Positions 25,961 to 36,839 of a stretch of 36,839 bases of DNA are shown piece after piece. Each line of letters begins with the position of its first letter. Position 1 is the stretch's first letter. A program made the translations under genes and the position numbers. The notes under the pieces were generated by a model that saw only the letters and a program-made list of their open reading frames with translations, did not search any database and was not told the origin of the DNA. Origin of the DNA: Bacteroidia bacterium (GTDB lineage: Bacteria; Bacteroidota; Bacteroidia; SpSt-205); contig JANXCJ010000001.1 in the NCBI GenBank assembly GCA_025060275.1, forward strand, positions 2,792 through 39,630. Reading direction: 5' to 3'.

Positions 25961-27283
25961 ATGACAAAGCTATGGATTTACCTCAGCATGATCTGGGCTC
26001 AGCCTATCGTCCCCTTAAGCCGGGTCGTTTACTATAATGATGGAAGGATTTACTGGACAAGGGAAATCCTTCTCCCTCTCTTTCAGAAGGTATTTTCTGT
26101 GAAGCTGCCTGCTTATGCTTATCCATGGAGTGTCCTCCCCCAACCTGACTACCGCATAATCAGGTGGCGAGTGAGTCCAGATACTTTCCATAAATGGACC
26201 CCTACCCAGACATTTGAGGATTTAGCTAGTTTCTTAGCCTCTCATTTGGGTTCTCCGAGCTGGATCGGCTATTTAGCAGGTAACGAGATAGAGGAAGTAC
26301 AAGGGATCATAGAAAATGCTAATTCCGACGGCTCCCTAATTCTGCGAAGGGCTAATGGGGAATTATTTTGGATCCCAGGCAAACTCCTTCAATACGGCCG
26401 CACAGATGGGAATTCTCCTCGCCGCCAAGCTCACCCGGCTTGGCGTCTGATTGTAGAAACCGATACTATCTTACCCGCTGCTCGGCTGAGCATAGTAGGG
26501 TGGGATTCCTTACGACCTTGGGAAGCTTACCATCTTCTTCAGTTGAGTAGTCCTACACGAGCCAACCTTATTACCTTCGCAAAGTTACCAGGCTTTCCAG
26601 AAGATGCCGACCCCATAGAAATTTACCTAATACAAGCTGATAGCCTTTTGCGAGGCGCATGGCATCTACCCCTACAAAAAATCCATCAAGGCAGAGAAAA
26701 TACCCTTACCCTTATTCAGTCCCATTTGCCCTACTCAGAGATTCACAGAGCCTCGTTGCCAGATTTAGTAGATAGCTTAGACCCTTTTCGGATTAGTCAG
26801 TGGCGGGGATGGGCAGAACGCGCTCTACAAGTCCTAAACACAGAAAAAGTTCCCCTCCCTTATGGTATCGTACAACTTTTAGATGAATCAGGCCTACCCA
26901 TAGCACAAAGTATCTTGCCTTTTACCTCGCCGGGAAATACTGGCTATATTCCCCTTGCCTATAATCCTCTCCTTCAACTTCGCCTTCAGGAGACAGAAAT
27001 TCGCAGAGAGAAAGCTAAAGACCCTCTTACAGGTCCTAAGATTACCCTTGTGGGCACACTCAGAGTACAAAATAACTCTGCCAAGGAGGTTCGCCTCCTT
27101 ATTGAAAAGCCCGTTACAGGTCAGCCTGTGCCAGACAAATTGGGTTTTGCTCGTGCTTCTCCACTACCAGAGCGTCGCGGCCCTAATCCTCGTTACCTTC
27201 TTCAGTGGGAGCTTCTCCTTCGCGCAGGGGCTACAGAAGTGATAGAATATGCATACGAGCTTTTCCTTCCCAGCTCAAAGTGA
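25961..27283 (+). CDS. hypothetical secreted protein, possibly DUF4139-like
   Basis: 440 aa with an N-terminal hydrophobic leader (MTKLWIYLSMIWAQP). The beta-rich N- and C-terminal segments loosely resemble DUF4140/DUF4139 proteins. The family call is weak. Confidence 0.55.
   Translation: MTKLWIYLSMIWAQPIVPLSRVVYYNDGRIYWTREILLPLFQKVFSVKLPAYAYPWSVLPQPDYRIIRWRVSPDTFHKWTPTQTFEDLASFLASHLGSPSWIGYLAGNEIEEVQGIIENANSDGSLILRRANGELFWIPGKLLQYGRTDGNSPRRQAHPAWRLIVETDTILPAARLSIVGWDSLRPWEAYHLLQLSSPTRANLITFAKLPGFPEDADPIEIYLIQADSLLRGAWHLPLQKIHQGRENTLTLIQSHLPYSEIHRASLPDLVDSLDPFRISQWRGWAERALQVLNTEKVPLPYGIVQLLDESGLPIAQSILPFTSPGNTGYIPLAYNPLLQLRLQETEIRREKAKDPLTGPKITLVGTLRVQNNSAKEVRLLIEKPVTGQPVPDKLGFARASPLPERRGPNPRYLLQWELLLRAGATEVIEYAYELFLPSSK
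25965..25972 (-). promoter_or_regulatory. -7 box TAGCTTTG for priA, embedded in codons 2-4 of the divergent gene
   Basis: Minus strand reads TAGCTTTG, then 19 nt to the priA ATG at 25945. Confidence 0.4.
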
Positions 27284-27907
27284 AACTTTGCCCTTCTCCT
27301 CAGGCAAGGTACCAAATACCCAATCCCAGAAAGGAGAAGATACGCCAAACGCCCTATCAGGAGATTTGAAGTGATGAAGATGATGATGCCGCCATAAACG
27401 CTTCAGTAGGCGAGTGGGAGGATTTTTCACTCTATGCATCAGATAGTGAGTTGATGAGTATAATAAATATCCCACTATAAACCCTGCTAAAAAAGGGACA
27501 CCATACCGCCCCATCAGCAAATAAAAAAGTCCTCCAAACGCACTAGCTATAATAAGGCTTGGCAGAGGCGGCATGAAGAGATGGTGAGGATCAGAAGGGT
27601 ATTCGTGATGTACCCCATGGACAAGATAATGAAAGCGCTTTACCCACGGACGCTCGTCCACCCAGTGGAAAACAAAACGATGGAGAAGATATTCCGCCAG
27701 TGTCCATGTAAAAAGTGCAGCAACAAACATACCTCCCACTACAGGCAGGCTAAGCCCTAAGCCTGCAATGCTATAGTATAGGAGTCCTGTCGTGATAGGT
27801 ATGTACATGCCCCAGATGACATAAGGTGATGAAAGCGTCAGAAGTTCTAATATAGGATTTTGAAAAAGACGTGCTTTTCCATGTACCTTTGGACGGATAG
27901 GCTCCAT
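27275..27907 (-). CDS. fatty acid hydroxylase superfamily membrane protein (FA2H/Scs7-like histidine-box enzyme)
   Basis: 210 aa, about 4 TM helices. His boxes are HRFVFHW, HYLVHGVHHEYPSDPHHLFMPP and HRVK...WRHHHLHHF. The second block closely parallels the H..HG.HH..P.D..RLV.PP block of fatty acid 2-hydroxylases. Confidence 0.75.
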   Translation of the reverse strand: MEPIRPKVHGKARLFQNPILELLTLSSPYVIWGMYIPITTGLLYYSIAGLGLSLPVVGGMFVAALFTWTLAEYLLHRFVFHWVDERPWVKRFHYLVHGVHHEYPSDPHHLFMPPLPSLIIASAFGGLFYLLMGRYGVPFLAGFIVGYLLYSSTHYLMHRVKNPPTRLLKRLWRHHHLHHFKSPDRAFGVSSPFWDWVFGTLPEEKGKVSL

Positions 27908-27913
27908 ATCTTG

Positions 27914-28522
27914 TTAAAAATGGTATCTAATCCACAGACGAAGCATAAGGAGAGTATCTTGGCGAAGCTCCACCACGGCAGGAAGGCCTTGAGTGAGCTG
28001 AGGGAAAAAATAACCTCTCCAGTTCCACATAATATCCGGCGGATTCCCCTCGTCGTTGTCCAAAAGCGCTATCTCGTACCTCTGACCAGGATGGGAGATA
28101 GATAAGCTATCTCTTAGCACAATAGGATATGGGCTTCCTTCCGCGAGGTCGTGGAACGAGGTGAAGTCATCCCACTCGTATGCAGGCATAGTTTCCCTTC
28201 GTATGGCCACTTGGAGCTCAGGAGGATAGTCATCAAACATATCCACCCAATTTTGATCCCAGCCCTTTCCATTGGGTTTTACAGCAGGGTAATTGAATAT
28301 GGCTACACTATCAATTACAGCCGCTTTGAAGGGAGGCTTGCCAAACTCACAATATTTCCCTTCATAATTAGGGCTACAAACGCATTTCCCCTCCACGCAC
28401 TGCCCCCGCTGCTCATATTCTCCACAGCTACCTTCACTGCACTCCTTGACCTCCTTTTTGCACCCAGAACAAAGAAGAAGAGTCGCCAACAAGATGTACA
28501 TCTTATCATTATTAGCCATCAT
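27914..28522 (-). CDS. lipoprotein with an N-terminal EGF-like domain
   Basis: Lipobox LLLCSGC. After it come six Cys, CSEGSCGEYEQRGQCVEGKCVCSPNYEGKYC, where CVCSPNYEGKYC fits the EGF signature C-x-C-x(5)-G-x(2)-C. The remaining ~140 aa are unassigned. Confidence 0.65.
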   Translation of the reverse strand: MMANNDKMYILLATLLLCSGCKKEVKECSEGSCGEYEQRGQCVEGKCVCSPNYEGKYCEFGKPPFKAAVIDSVAIFNYPAVKPNGKGWDQNWVDMFDDYPPELQVAIRRETMPAYEWDDFTSFHDLAEGSPYPIVLRDSLSISHPGQRYEIALLDNDEGNPPDIMWNWRGYFFPQLTQGLPAVVELRQDTLLMLRLWIRYHF

Positions 28523-28541
28523 TCTTCTGAGTGCGGCCCTG

Positions 28542-28613
<72 letters not shown>

Positions 28614-28623
28614 ATGGCAGACG

Positions 28624-28631
28624 CAAATATA
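28624..28631 (-). promoter_or_regulatory. -7 box TATATTTG, 10 nt upstream of the tRNA 5' end, with a TTG 22 nt further upstream
   Basis: Minus strand reads TTGACTTTTTGAGATAAAAAATTTG-TATATTTG-cgtctgccat-CGCGGGG. Confidence 0.5.
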
Positions 28632-28646
28632 CAAATTTTTTATCTC

Positions 28647-28673
28647 AAAAAGTCAAGACCCAACTCTTGGGTC
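28647..28673 (-). terminator. candidate intrinsic terminator after the second EGF-lipoprotein gene
   Basis: Minus strand reads GACCCA-agagt-TGGGTC (6-bp stem), followed by TTGACTTTTTGAG. It starts 10 nt after the stop at 28684. Confidence 0.4.
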
Positions 28674-28683
28674 ATCGTAGTAA

Positions 28684-29169
28684 TCATCTCTTTTTGAGAA
28701 GCCACTTGCAAGTTGTACTTGAGCCTATTCCTCCTCGTACATCAAGTTGAATCAAAAGGCTATCCTGCCACCGCTCTGCCCATCCTTCTACCTCTAAAGC
28801 AGTATCCTGAAGCATTTGCCTAGAAAACCGCATGCGATTGAAGGAAACCAGCTGTCCTGCAAGTGTGTCTAAATAATCACCATAGATAGGTCCGGCGAGG
28901 TAAAGGGTGCGACTCACAAACGAATCTTGCCACATTTCATACCGAAGGCCGCTTCGGACCCCCTTACAATCCCGCCGCCCTTCCCATGGTCCAATAAACT
29001 GCATTCTTACATCTTCTTCACAGCTCTCCCCCCAGTATGGCAGATTACACTGGCACTGCCCCTGAACACACTCCCCACCATTCTGACAAAGGGCTATGCA
29101 GGGCGATGGCTTCTTTTGCGAACACCCAAGAAGAAGTGGCAGGATTAGCAGAAAACTTCTCCCTCTCAT
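28684..29169 (-). CDS. lipoprotein with an N-terminal EGF-like domain (second copy of the architecture)
   Basis: The ATG at 29169 gives the canonical lipoprotein signal MRGRSFLLILPLLLGC. After it comes CIALCQNGGECVQGQCQCNLPYWGESC, where CQCNLPYWGESC fits C-x-C-x(5)-G-x(2)-C. The ORF is open to 29196, but that ATG lies inside a -7 box and abuts the upstream terminator. Confidence 0.65.
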   Translation of the reverse strand: MRGRSFLLILPLLLGCSQKKPSPCIALCQNGGECVQGQCQCNLPYWGESCEEDVRMQFIGPWEGRRDCKGVRSGLRYEMWQDSFVSRTLYLAGPIYGDYLDTLAGQLVSFNRMRFSRQMLQDTALEVEGWAERWQDSLLIQLDVRGGIGSSTTCKWLLKKR

Positions 29170-29189
29170 ATCAGCTCTTTCCAGCCTTC

Positions 29190-29197
29190 CAAACATA
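29190..29197 (-). promoter_or_regulatory. -7 box TATGTTTG, 20 nt before the ATG at 29169
   Basis: Exact TAnnTTTG match on the minus strand, immediately after the terminator T-tract. Confidence 0.4.
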
Positions 29198-29236
29198 AAA
29201 AGATGAGGAGGAGAAGAAACTCTTTTCTTCTCCTCC
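29197..29236 (-). terminator. rho-independent terminator of the epimerase-glycosyltransferase-lipoprotein operon
   Basis: Perfect 13-bp stem, 29207-29219 ggaggagaagaaa pairing with 29224-29236 tttcttctcctcc, with a 4-nt loop. On the minus strand it is followed by TCATCTTTTT. It lies 26 nt after the stop at 29262. Confidence 0.75.
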
Positions 29237-29261
29237 CTAAAGCAAGCTCTATACTAGTCTA

Positions 29262-30320
29262 TTAGCGAACTATCAGCTTTACTTCTAAAGTGACTGCAGA
29301 CCCACTTACATTGGCTCTTCTTATCACCCCCCAAATCCGAGAAGAAGGATTTCCAGCAGGATGCTCTTGCTTGAAAGCTAAATACTCATGAGGTCCTGTG
29401 GTGGGGCTTACAGGATTCCCCTCCAAGAGAGCCCGAGCACCATCTCCATTCCCACTAAATTTAGTCAGGGTATTTGCGCTATTTACCACGTTATAGATAG
29501 AAACAGAGTCTGTAGCTTGATTGAACTCATTCTGGGTAATGGAGTAGAATTGTGTGCGAGGTTTGTTAGAAGCAGTCCATTGTATATATGGGAACGTATA
29601 GCTACCTCCCCCTAAGGAGTCTGGCGTAACAAGGCTAGTGCGATTGTCCGCTGCTGCACCGCGACGCACTACAAGGGCAGCCACTACATTCTTTACCTCA
29701 GAGAGGTTAGTTACGCTACGAGCTACAACGTTAGAGCCCTCAAAGTAGATGAAAGGATTAGAGGCGGTATCCAAAGTAATGGTATTTGAGAAGAAACGCC
29801 CAGCTGGCTGTTGAGCCTGTTGGAAGGTAACCTTGAAGCTGCGGGAGGCAGTCTTGTCATTTTTATCTCTGACCGAGAAGGTATAAGTATAGACTTGGCC
29901 CGCCGTGCCATTTATTTGAAGGGTGGTATCAAAAGTGAAGCTACTCCCATTCGGCGCCGCACGATTAGTAAAGACAGGCGTATTCCCCCCGCCTACGTTG
30001 AAAGAGAAGGAATAGTCTTTTAAATCACCATCATCCTTACCAGAACCCTTTTGGAAGATAAGCTTAAAACGCAACTGATAGGAACCTGGGTCAAATGTAA
30101 CATCCCCGGCAATTACGCCTTGTTCATTAGGGATTACGATACTCGGACCGTTTTGTTCCTTTTCCTTCTTACATCCTACTAATCCAATGGCTAACAGACT
30201 GGCAAGAATACCTGCCCCTGATACTACCTTAGCGTATCGCATACCGCTCGCAAAGTTAGCACAAAATCTCTTTTCAAAATCAAGTTCGGAATTCCAAACA
30301 GGTGCATATAAATCGCTCAT
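29262..30320 (-). CDS. lipoprotein, unknown function (beta-sandwich-like, Thr/Ser/Asn-rich)
   Basis: Lipobox LAIGLVGC, preceded by MRYAKVVSGAGILASL. The ATG at 30320 forms an ATGA overlap with the glycosyltransferase stop but adds 26 aa ahead of the signal peptide. An alternative start lies at 30242. Confidence 0.6.
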   Translation of the reverse strand: MSDLYAPVWNSELDFEKRFCANFASGMRYAKVVSGAGILASLLAIGLVGCKKEKEQNGPSIVIPNEQGVIAGDVTFDPGSYQLRFKLIFQKGSGKDDGDLKDYSFSFNVGGGNTPVFTNRAAPNGSSFTFDTTLQINGTAGQVYTYTFSVRDKNDKTASRSFKVTFQQAQQPAGRFFSNTITLDTASNPFIYFEGSNVVARSVTNLSEVKNVVAALVVRRGAAADNRTSLVTPDSLGGGSYTFPYIQWTASNKPRTQFYSITQNEFNQATDSVSIYNVVNSANTLTKFSGNGDGARALLEGNPVSPTTGPHEYLAFKQEHPAGNPSSRIWGVIRRANVSGSAVTLEVKLIVR

Positions 30321-31405
30321 TCAAAACCATAAGCCGCCTGAAATGCCTCTTTGTATTTAGAGAAGTTTGCTTTCACAGAGTATTCTTCTTCTACTATCCT
30401 GCGAGCGGTTTCTCCCAGGCGCATACGCACCTCGGGGTTCTCAATTAGATAGGAAACCTTTTCTACCCAGTCTTCTATTGTAGTGGCATATAAACCGTTG
30501 TAGTTGTCCCTTACCACTTGACAGTTCATACCTACAGGAGAGACTATAGCAGGAATTTTTAGTGCCATATACTGGAGGGATTTGAGGGCACATTTACCCT
30601 TACTCCACTCATCATCAGGCAGAGGCATTAGTCCAATATCTATCACGGAAAGGTCTTCAACCTCTGTCTCAGCCTTCCACGGAAGTACCTCAGCCGGAAA
30701 GGGGGGATGATATTGCGGCACTCCTATGAAGCGAAAAGAAATTCTATCCTTATGCCGACGATATAGAATCAGCAAAGCCTCTTCTATCGTACGCAAATGA
30801 CGAAGAGTGGTGAAACTCCCACTCCATCCTATCACTAATTTAGAAGGTTGAGGGTCTTTCTTGGGGGGCACATACACATTCGTGTCAATTGTAGTGGGAA
30901 TGACACGCACATCAGCTGCATATTGTCTAGCATACTCGGCTAAGTAAGGATTACAGACCGTAACCAAGCGCGCCTTTGAAAGAAGTTTAGGCAGCTTCTT
31001 GGGACTTTTCATCCAGGCGAAAGCTCTATTTTCTTCTGAAGTATCTACTATCCATATCGCGTCGTCAAAGTCTAAAATGAAAGGGCGAGAGCCAATGCTT
31101 TTTTCTTCTAGCCAAGTAGTGCCTATTGGAGCATATTCACGATGAAGGTACACCCCTTCCCAGTCTGAAGCCCGCAAAGCTTTGAGAGAAGCCTCCCAAA
31201 AAGCCCCTGCAAAGTTGAGCACCCTCTTGTGGAGAGGAGCGCCGGGACTCTTGAAGCCTCTATATCGCAGAGGAGAAAAGAAACTCTGCCATACTATTTC
31301 GTAACCTACACTGTGGAGAGCAGTGATGTATTGTTCTATGCGGAACCGAAGACTTGGTACTGTATTGGGAGGATAAGGGGTGAGAAGTCCGATTTTTTTA
31401 GTCAC
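30317..31405 (-). CDS. glycosyltransferase, GT-B fold (family 1/4-like)
   Basis: 362 aa. The C-terminal half has the typical GT1/GT4 layout (G...P........K..EY.A...P.V.S..G). It is coupled to both neighbours by ATGA overlaps. Confidence 0.75.
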   Translation of the reverse strand: MTKKIGLLTPYPPNTVPSLRFRIEQYITALHSVGYEIVWQSFFSPLRYRGFKSPGAPLHKRVLNFAGAFWEASLKALRASDWEGVYLHREYAPIGTTWLEEKSIGSRPFILDFDDAIWIVDTSEENRAFAWMKSPKKLPKLLSKARLVTVCNPYLAEYARQYAADVRVIPTTIDTNVYVPPKKDPQPSKLVIGWSGSFTTLRHLRTIEEALLILYRRHKDRISFRFIGVPQYHPPFPAEVLPWKAETEVEDLSVIDIGLMPLPDDEWSKGKCALKSLQYMALKIPAIVSPVGMNCQVVRDNYNGLYATTIEDWVEKVSYLIENPEVRMRLGETARRIVEEEYSVKANFSKYKEAFQAAYGFE

Positions 31406-32403
31406 TCTTCCAGCCAGACAGAGGGTAGATTATCATATATCTCTATATTTTGGAAAGCAGGTGTTTTGCGAGCACCGACTTTTTTGACCCATTCACTCAT
31501 CTTTTTGAGTCCCACGGATAGGGGAGTGAGGTGCTCAGGTTTTATCCCAAAGACCTCGTATACTCGGGAATGACTCGCATATGCGTGAAGCACTTCATTA
31601 CGAGGAGGAAGATACCGAATCGGCTGATAAATACCCATAGCTTCCATTACTGCCTCCGCCAGTTCTCGTACAGAATAGGGAATGTCACCTCCTATGTTGA
31701 ATACTTTATTGTAAGCCTCAGGAATATGGACGCTTTTAGCTATGTAGGGCGCTACATCTCCAATATAGGAAAAGGCGCGAGTCTGGCTTCCATCCCCAAA
31801 TATTGTAAGAGGCTTGCCTTGTAAAAGCTGATTCATGAAAATCCCCACTACGTTCCGGTAACGATCACCGATATTTTGTCGCTCTCCATACACATTATGA
31901 GGACGGAATATGATATAATTCAGCCCAAAAAGCTCATGGGCACTGCGTAGGTCTAACTCTACTGCATACTTGGCAATCCCATAAGGGTCCTCTGGATTAG
32001 GCACCAAATCCTCATGCATGGGCAGTTGATTTTTTCCATATACGGCAATGGAGGAGGTAAAAACAAAGCATTTTATCTTATGTATTACTGATAGATTTAT
32101 TAGGTTTATACTTCCGATTAGGTTATTCTCATAATTAAACCTACGAATGAAGTGGCTTAGACCTTCAGCAGCATAAGCTGCTAAATGAAAAACATAATCA
32201 AATCTGTACTTCTCAAAAAGCTCAGAAAGCAGCGCATAATCATTTATGCTCCCCTGTACAAAAGTAGCAGCAGAAGGCACATTTGACATATTACCCCCAC
32301 TAAGGTCATCTAAAATCACTACTTCATGCCCCAAGCCGAGAAGAGAGTCAGCTACGTGGCTTCCTATGAAACCCGCTCCACCAGTTACTAAGCACAAGGG
32401 CAT
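31402..32403 (-). CDS. NAD-dependent nucleotide-sugar epimerase/dehydratase (extended SDR)
   Basis: MPLCLVTGGAGFIGSH Rossmann motif, SS...YG, and the catalytic YGIAKY (YxxxK). The ATG at 32403 lies 6 nt behind a -7 box. The ORF is open to a GTG at 32430. Confidence 0.85.
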   Translation of the reverse strand: MPLCLVTGGAGFIGSHVADSLLGLGHEVVILDDLSGGNMSNVPSAATFVQGSINDYALLSELFEKYRFDYVFHLAAYAAEGLSHFIRRFNYENNLIGSINLINLSVIHKIKCFVFTSSIAVYGKNQLPMHEDLVPNPEDPYGIAKYAVELDLRSAHELFGLNYIIFRPHNVYGERQNIGDRYRNVVGIFMNQLLQGKPLTIFGDGSQTRAFSYIGDVAPYIAKSVHIPEAYNKVFNIGGDIPYSVRELAEAVMEAMGIYQPIRYLPPRNEVLHAYASHSRVYEVFGIKPEHLTPLSVGLKKMSEWVKKVGARKTPAFQNIEIYDNLPSVWLEE

Positions 32404-32409
32404 TACAGG

Positions 32410-32417
32410 CAAACTTA
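32410..32417 (-). promoter_or_regulatory. -7 box TAAGTTTG, 6 nt before the epimerase ATG
   Basis: Minus strand reads TAAGTTTG-cctgta-ATG(32403). Confidence 0.5.
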
Positions 32418-32476
32418 TACATCTTTTCACAGTTGAGTGGAGGAGAGGTAGACTTGTTAGTTTGAGAAAAAACTTC

Positions 32477-32484
32477 TAACTTTA
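32477..32484 (+). promoter_or_regulatory. -7-like box TAACTTTA, 4 nt before the ATG at 32489
   Basis: TAACTTTA-ctgc-ATG. This is almost the same 15-mer as at 15643-15629 on the minus strand (TAACTTTA-ctac-ATG). Confidence 0.4.
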
Positions 32485-32488
32485 CTGC

Positions 32489-34141
32489 ATGCATAGCATA
32501 CTAATACGATTACTTGGCTGCTTCGTAGGGATTTTATGGGCTCAGAATGTCGGGATAGGAACTTCTACGCCCACAGAGCGCCTCCATGTGGCCGGAAACC
32601 TTCGTCTAGATAATGCCTTCATGCCGGGAAATCAGCCGGGAGCGGTAGGAAACCTTCTCCTCTCCCAGGGGCCAGGCGTAGCGCCGATCTGGTTAGCCAA
32701 TGGGGCCATAGGCTCTATTCTCATGATTGGTCCAGGCGGCACACCTGTGTGGGCTACTAATCCTATTTGTACCACCCCTACACTCAACCGTCTCATTAAA
32801 TTTACCTCTACTACCCCCACAGCCGTATGCAATACGACTCTGATAGAAGAAGCAGCAGCTCCTAATCGGATTTGGAATGCCGATGGAGCAGCAGCTCCTT
32901 TTGCTACTGATAAGTTTTCCATCTACGCTTTACCTGCGGCTAGATGGGCTATATCGGGGTACTCCACAATAGATAATGGAGGAGGTGTATATGGAAGTGC
33001 AAGTGGAGCCAATGGTTATGGGGTATATGGAGCCTCTTCAAGAGACAATGGCATAGGGGTAGTAGGGATAAATACTCATGCCGCAGGAGTGGCAGGGTAC
33101 TTTGAAAACATTGCTGCAGCGGGCACAGCGGGCGGAGATGGCGTTATAGGCTTTACTCATCAGTCTGCCGCCAATGGAGTATGGGGTGTAACAGACCATG
33201 CGCAAGGCATAGGAGGCGTATGGGCTACTAATATAGCGCCTGCTGGAACGAACACAGGAATCGGAGCTGGCGTACTCAGTCGCCAACGAGGCGGAAGCGC
33301 ATTAGTAGTAAACATGAGGAATGACGCTTTACTCTCCCTGAATTATTATGCCAATGCCGTCATTACAGCTTATCACATGGGAGGCACTTCCGCAGCTAAC
33401 GATCCCCCAGTAGGTATTATTGCCCAAGTAAATAGTGGGGATAATAACGCGAGAGCTATCTGGGGCTTTCATACAAGTGGCCCCACTAACGTAAATGCCT
33501 ACGCTGTGGTCGGAGAGATGCAGCGAGGAGCTGCTTCCACGGGCCAGGCAATAGGCGTTCTTGGTATCAACCCTAGGAATGGCGTGGGAGACTGGGCCGT
33601 ATATGGTAATGGCTGGCTTGGAGCCCCAAACAAGGCGTTTATAATAGATCATCCCCTTGATCCAGAGAACAAATATCTACTTCACTTCACTGTGGAAGGG
33701 CCAGAAGCCTATAATTTATACCGTGGTGTAGTAGTAACCGATGCACAAGGGCGAGCGGAAGTGCAGCTCCCCGATTACTTTGAGGCAGCTACAAAAGACC
33801 CTCAGTATATTCTTACGCCCATAGGCACATTTGCCCAAACTATCGTAGAGCAAGAGATTTCTAACAACAAGTTTGTTATTAGAACAGACAAGCCTCATGT
33901 GAAGGTCTCTTGGGTAGTCATAGCCACGCGAGATGATCCATACATGCGCTATTTCTGGAAGCCTACTGTCATAGAAAAAGAGGCCTCCCAAAAGGGTAAG
34001 TACCTTGTGCCTCAGGTGTATGGAAAGGGGACAGAGTATGGTATCTTCTCCACTCCAGCCTCTGCAATAGAAGTAAAGCGAGAAAATCAGATACCCCCTC
34101 TCTCCTCTACTGTTCTTCAGCGGCAAGAATTAAGGAAGTAA
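32489..34141 (+). CDS. secreted fibre/beta-helix-like protein that shares the VGIGT leader of the S74 paralogues but has a different conserved C-terminal domain
   Basis: Signal peptide ...ILWAQNVGIGTSTPTERLHVAGNLRL. The middle is Gly-rich and repetitive (GYGVYGASS, GIGVVGIN, GVAGYF, GVIGFT, GVWGVT, GIGGVWAT). The C-terminal ~150 aa begin FIIDHPLDPENKYLLH...YNLYRG, a block I recall from many uncharacterised bacterial fibre-like proteins. Confidence 0.7.
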   Translation: MHSILIRLLGCFVGILWAQNVGIGTSTPTERLHVAGNLRLDNAFMPGNQPGAVGNLLLSQGPGVAPIWLANGAIGSILMIGPGGTPVWATNPICTTPTLNRLIKFTSTTPTAVCNTTLIEEAAAPNRIWNADGAAAPFATDKFSIYALPAARWAISGYSTIDNGGGVYGSASGANGYGVYGASSRDNGIGVVGINTHAAGVAGYFENIAAAGTAGGDGVIGFTHQSAANGVWGVTDHAQGIGGVWATNIAPAGTNTGIGAGVLSRQRGGSALVVNMRNDALLSLNYYANAVITAYHMGGTSAANDPPVGIIAQVNSGDNNARAIWGFHTSGPTNVNAYAVVGEMQRGAASTGQAIGVLGINPRNGVGDWAVYGNGWLGAPNKAFIIDHPLDPENKYLLHFTVEGPEAYNLYRGVVVTDAQGRAEVQLPDYFEAATKDPQYILTPIGTFAQTIVEQEISNNKFVIRTDKPHVKVSWVVIATRDDPYMRYFWKPTVIEKEASQKGKYLVPQVYGKGTEYGIFSTPASAIEVKRENQIPPLSSTVLQRQELRK

Positions 34142-34229
34142 TACCCCTTTCTCTGGGGGTCCCACTTTTTCCTCAAAGGGAGTGGTGTATTTCATCCTTC
34201 AGGAAAGAACCTCTCTGATAAGAGGAAAG

Positions 34230-34276
34230 CGAGCTTAAACATCCCGAATGGGGATGCCTAAGCTCGTTTTTCTTTT
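34230..34276 (+). terminator. rho-independent terminator between the 550 aa gene and thiC
   Basis: The outer stem pairs cgagctta (34230-34237) with taagctcg (34259-34266). The inner stem pairs catccc with gggatg around the loop gaatg. The T-tract TTTTTCTTTT follows at 34267-34276. Confidence 0.75.
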
Positions 34277-34288
34277 GTTCTCCTTGTA

Positions 34289-36839
<2,551 letters not shown>

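Overview
This looks like a chromosomal segment of a Bacteroidota-type genome. The evidence is a gldF-gldG-DUF4340 gliding-motility cluster, TAnnTTTG -7 boxes, no Shine-Dalgarno-type leaders and many lipoproteins. I call about 36 protein genes, one initiator tRNA-Met and one decayed gene; no CRISPR array, transposase, integrase or recognisable defence genes are visible.

Most genes are housekeeping: corA, lpxD, dcd, a DivIVA-like gene, an orphan nuoF, tpiA, a DAACS symporter, panC, acyl-CoA dehydrogenase, priA and thiC. A 5' fragment of an M1 peptidase runs off the right edge and is missing from the ORF track.

The content worth a second look:
- Three tandem paralogous genes (21143-23404) encode small secreted proteins. 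Each has a conserved uncharacterised ~130 aa core with a CCRxRFR motif, fused to a C-terminal Peptidase_S74 self-cleaving chaperone domain. There is no phage context.
- A fourth gene (32489-34141) shares the same signal/VGIGT leader.
- A translationally coupled three-gene operon of unknown function (15631-13648, minus strand) is centred on a protein with two V4R-like ligand-binding halves. A nonsense-riddled BNR/Asp-box pseudogene follows it.
- Two lipoproteins carrying exact EGF-like signatures flank the initiator tRNA.
- Direct duplications with a 66-67 bp period sit at two promoter/5' ends.
- -7 boxes lie 4-7 nt from start codons at many operon heads, which implies leaderless mRNAs. thiC is among them and has no recognisable TPP riboswitch.

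All family assignments come from reading motifs by eye. No database search was run.
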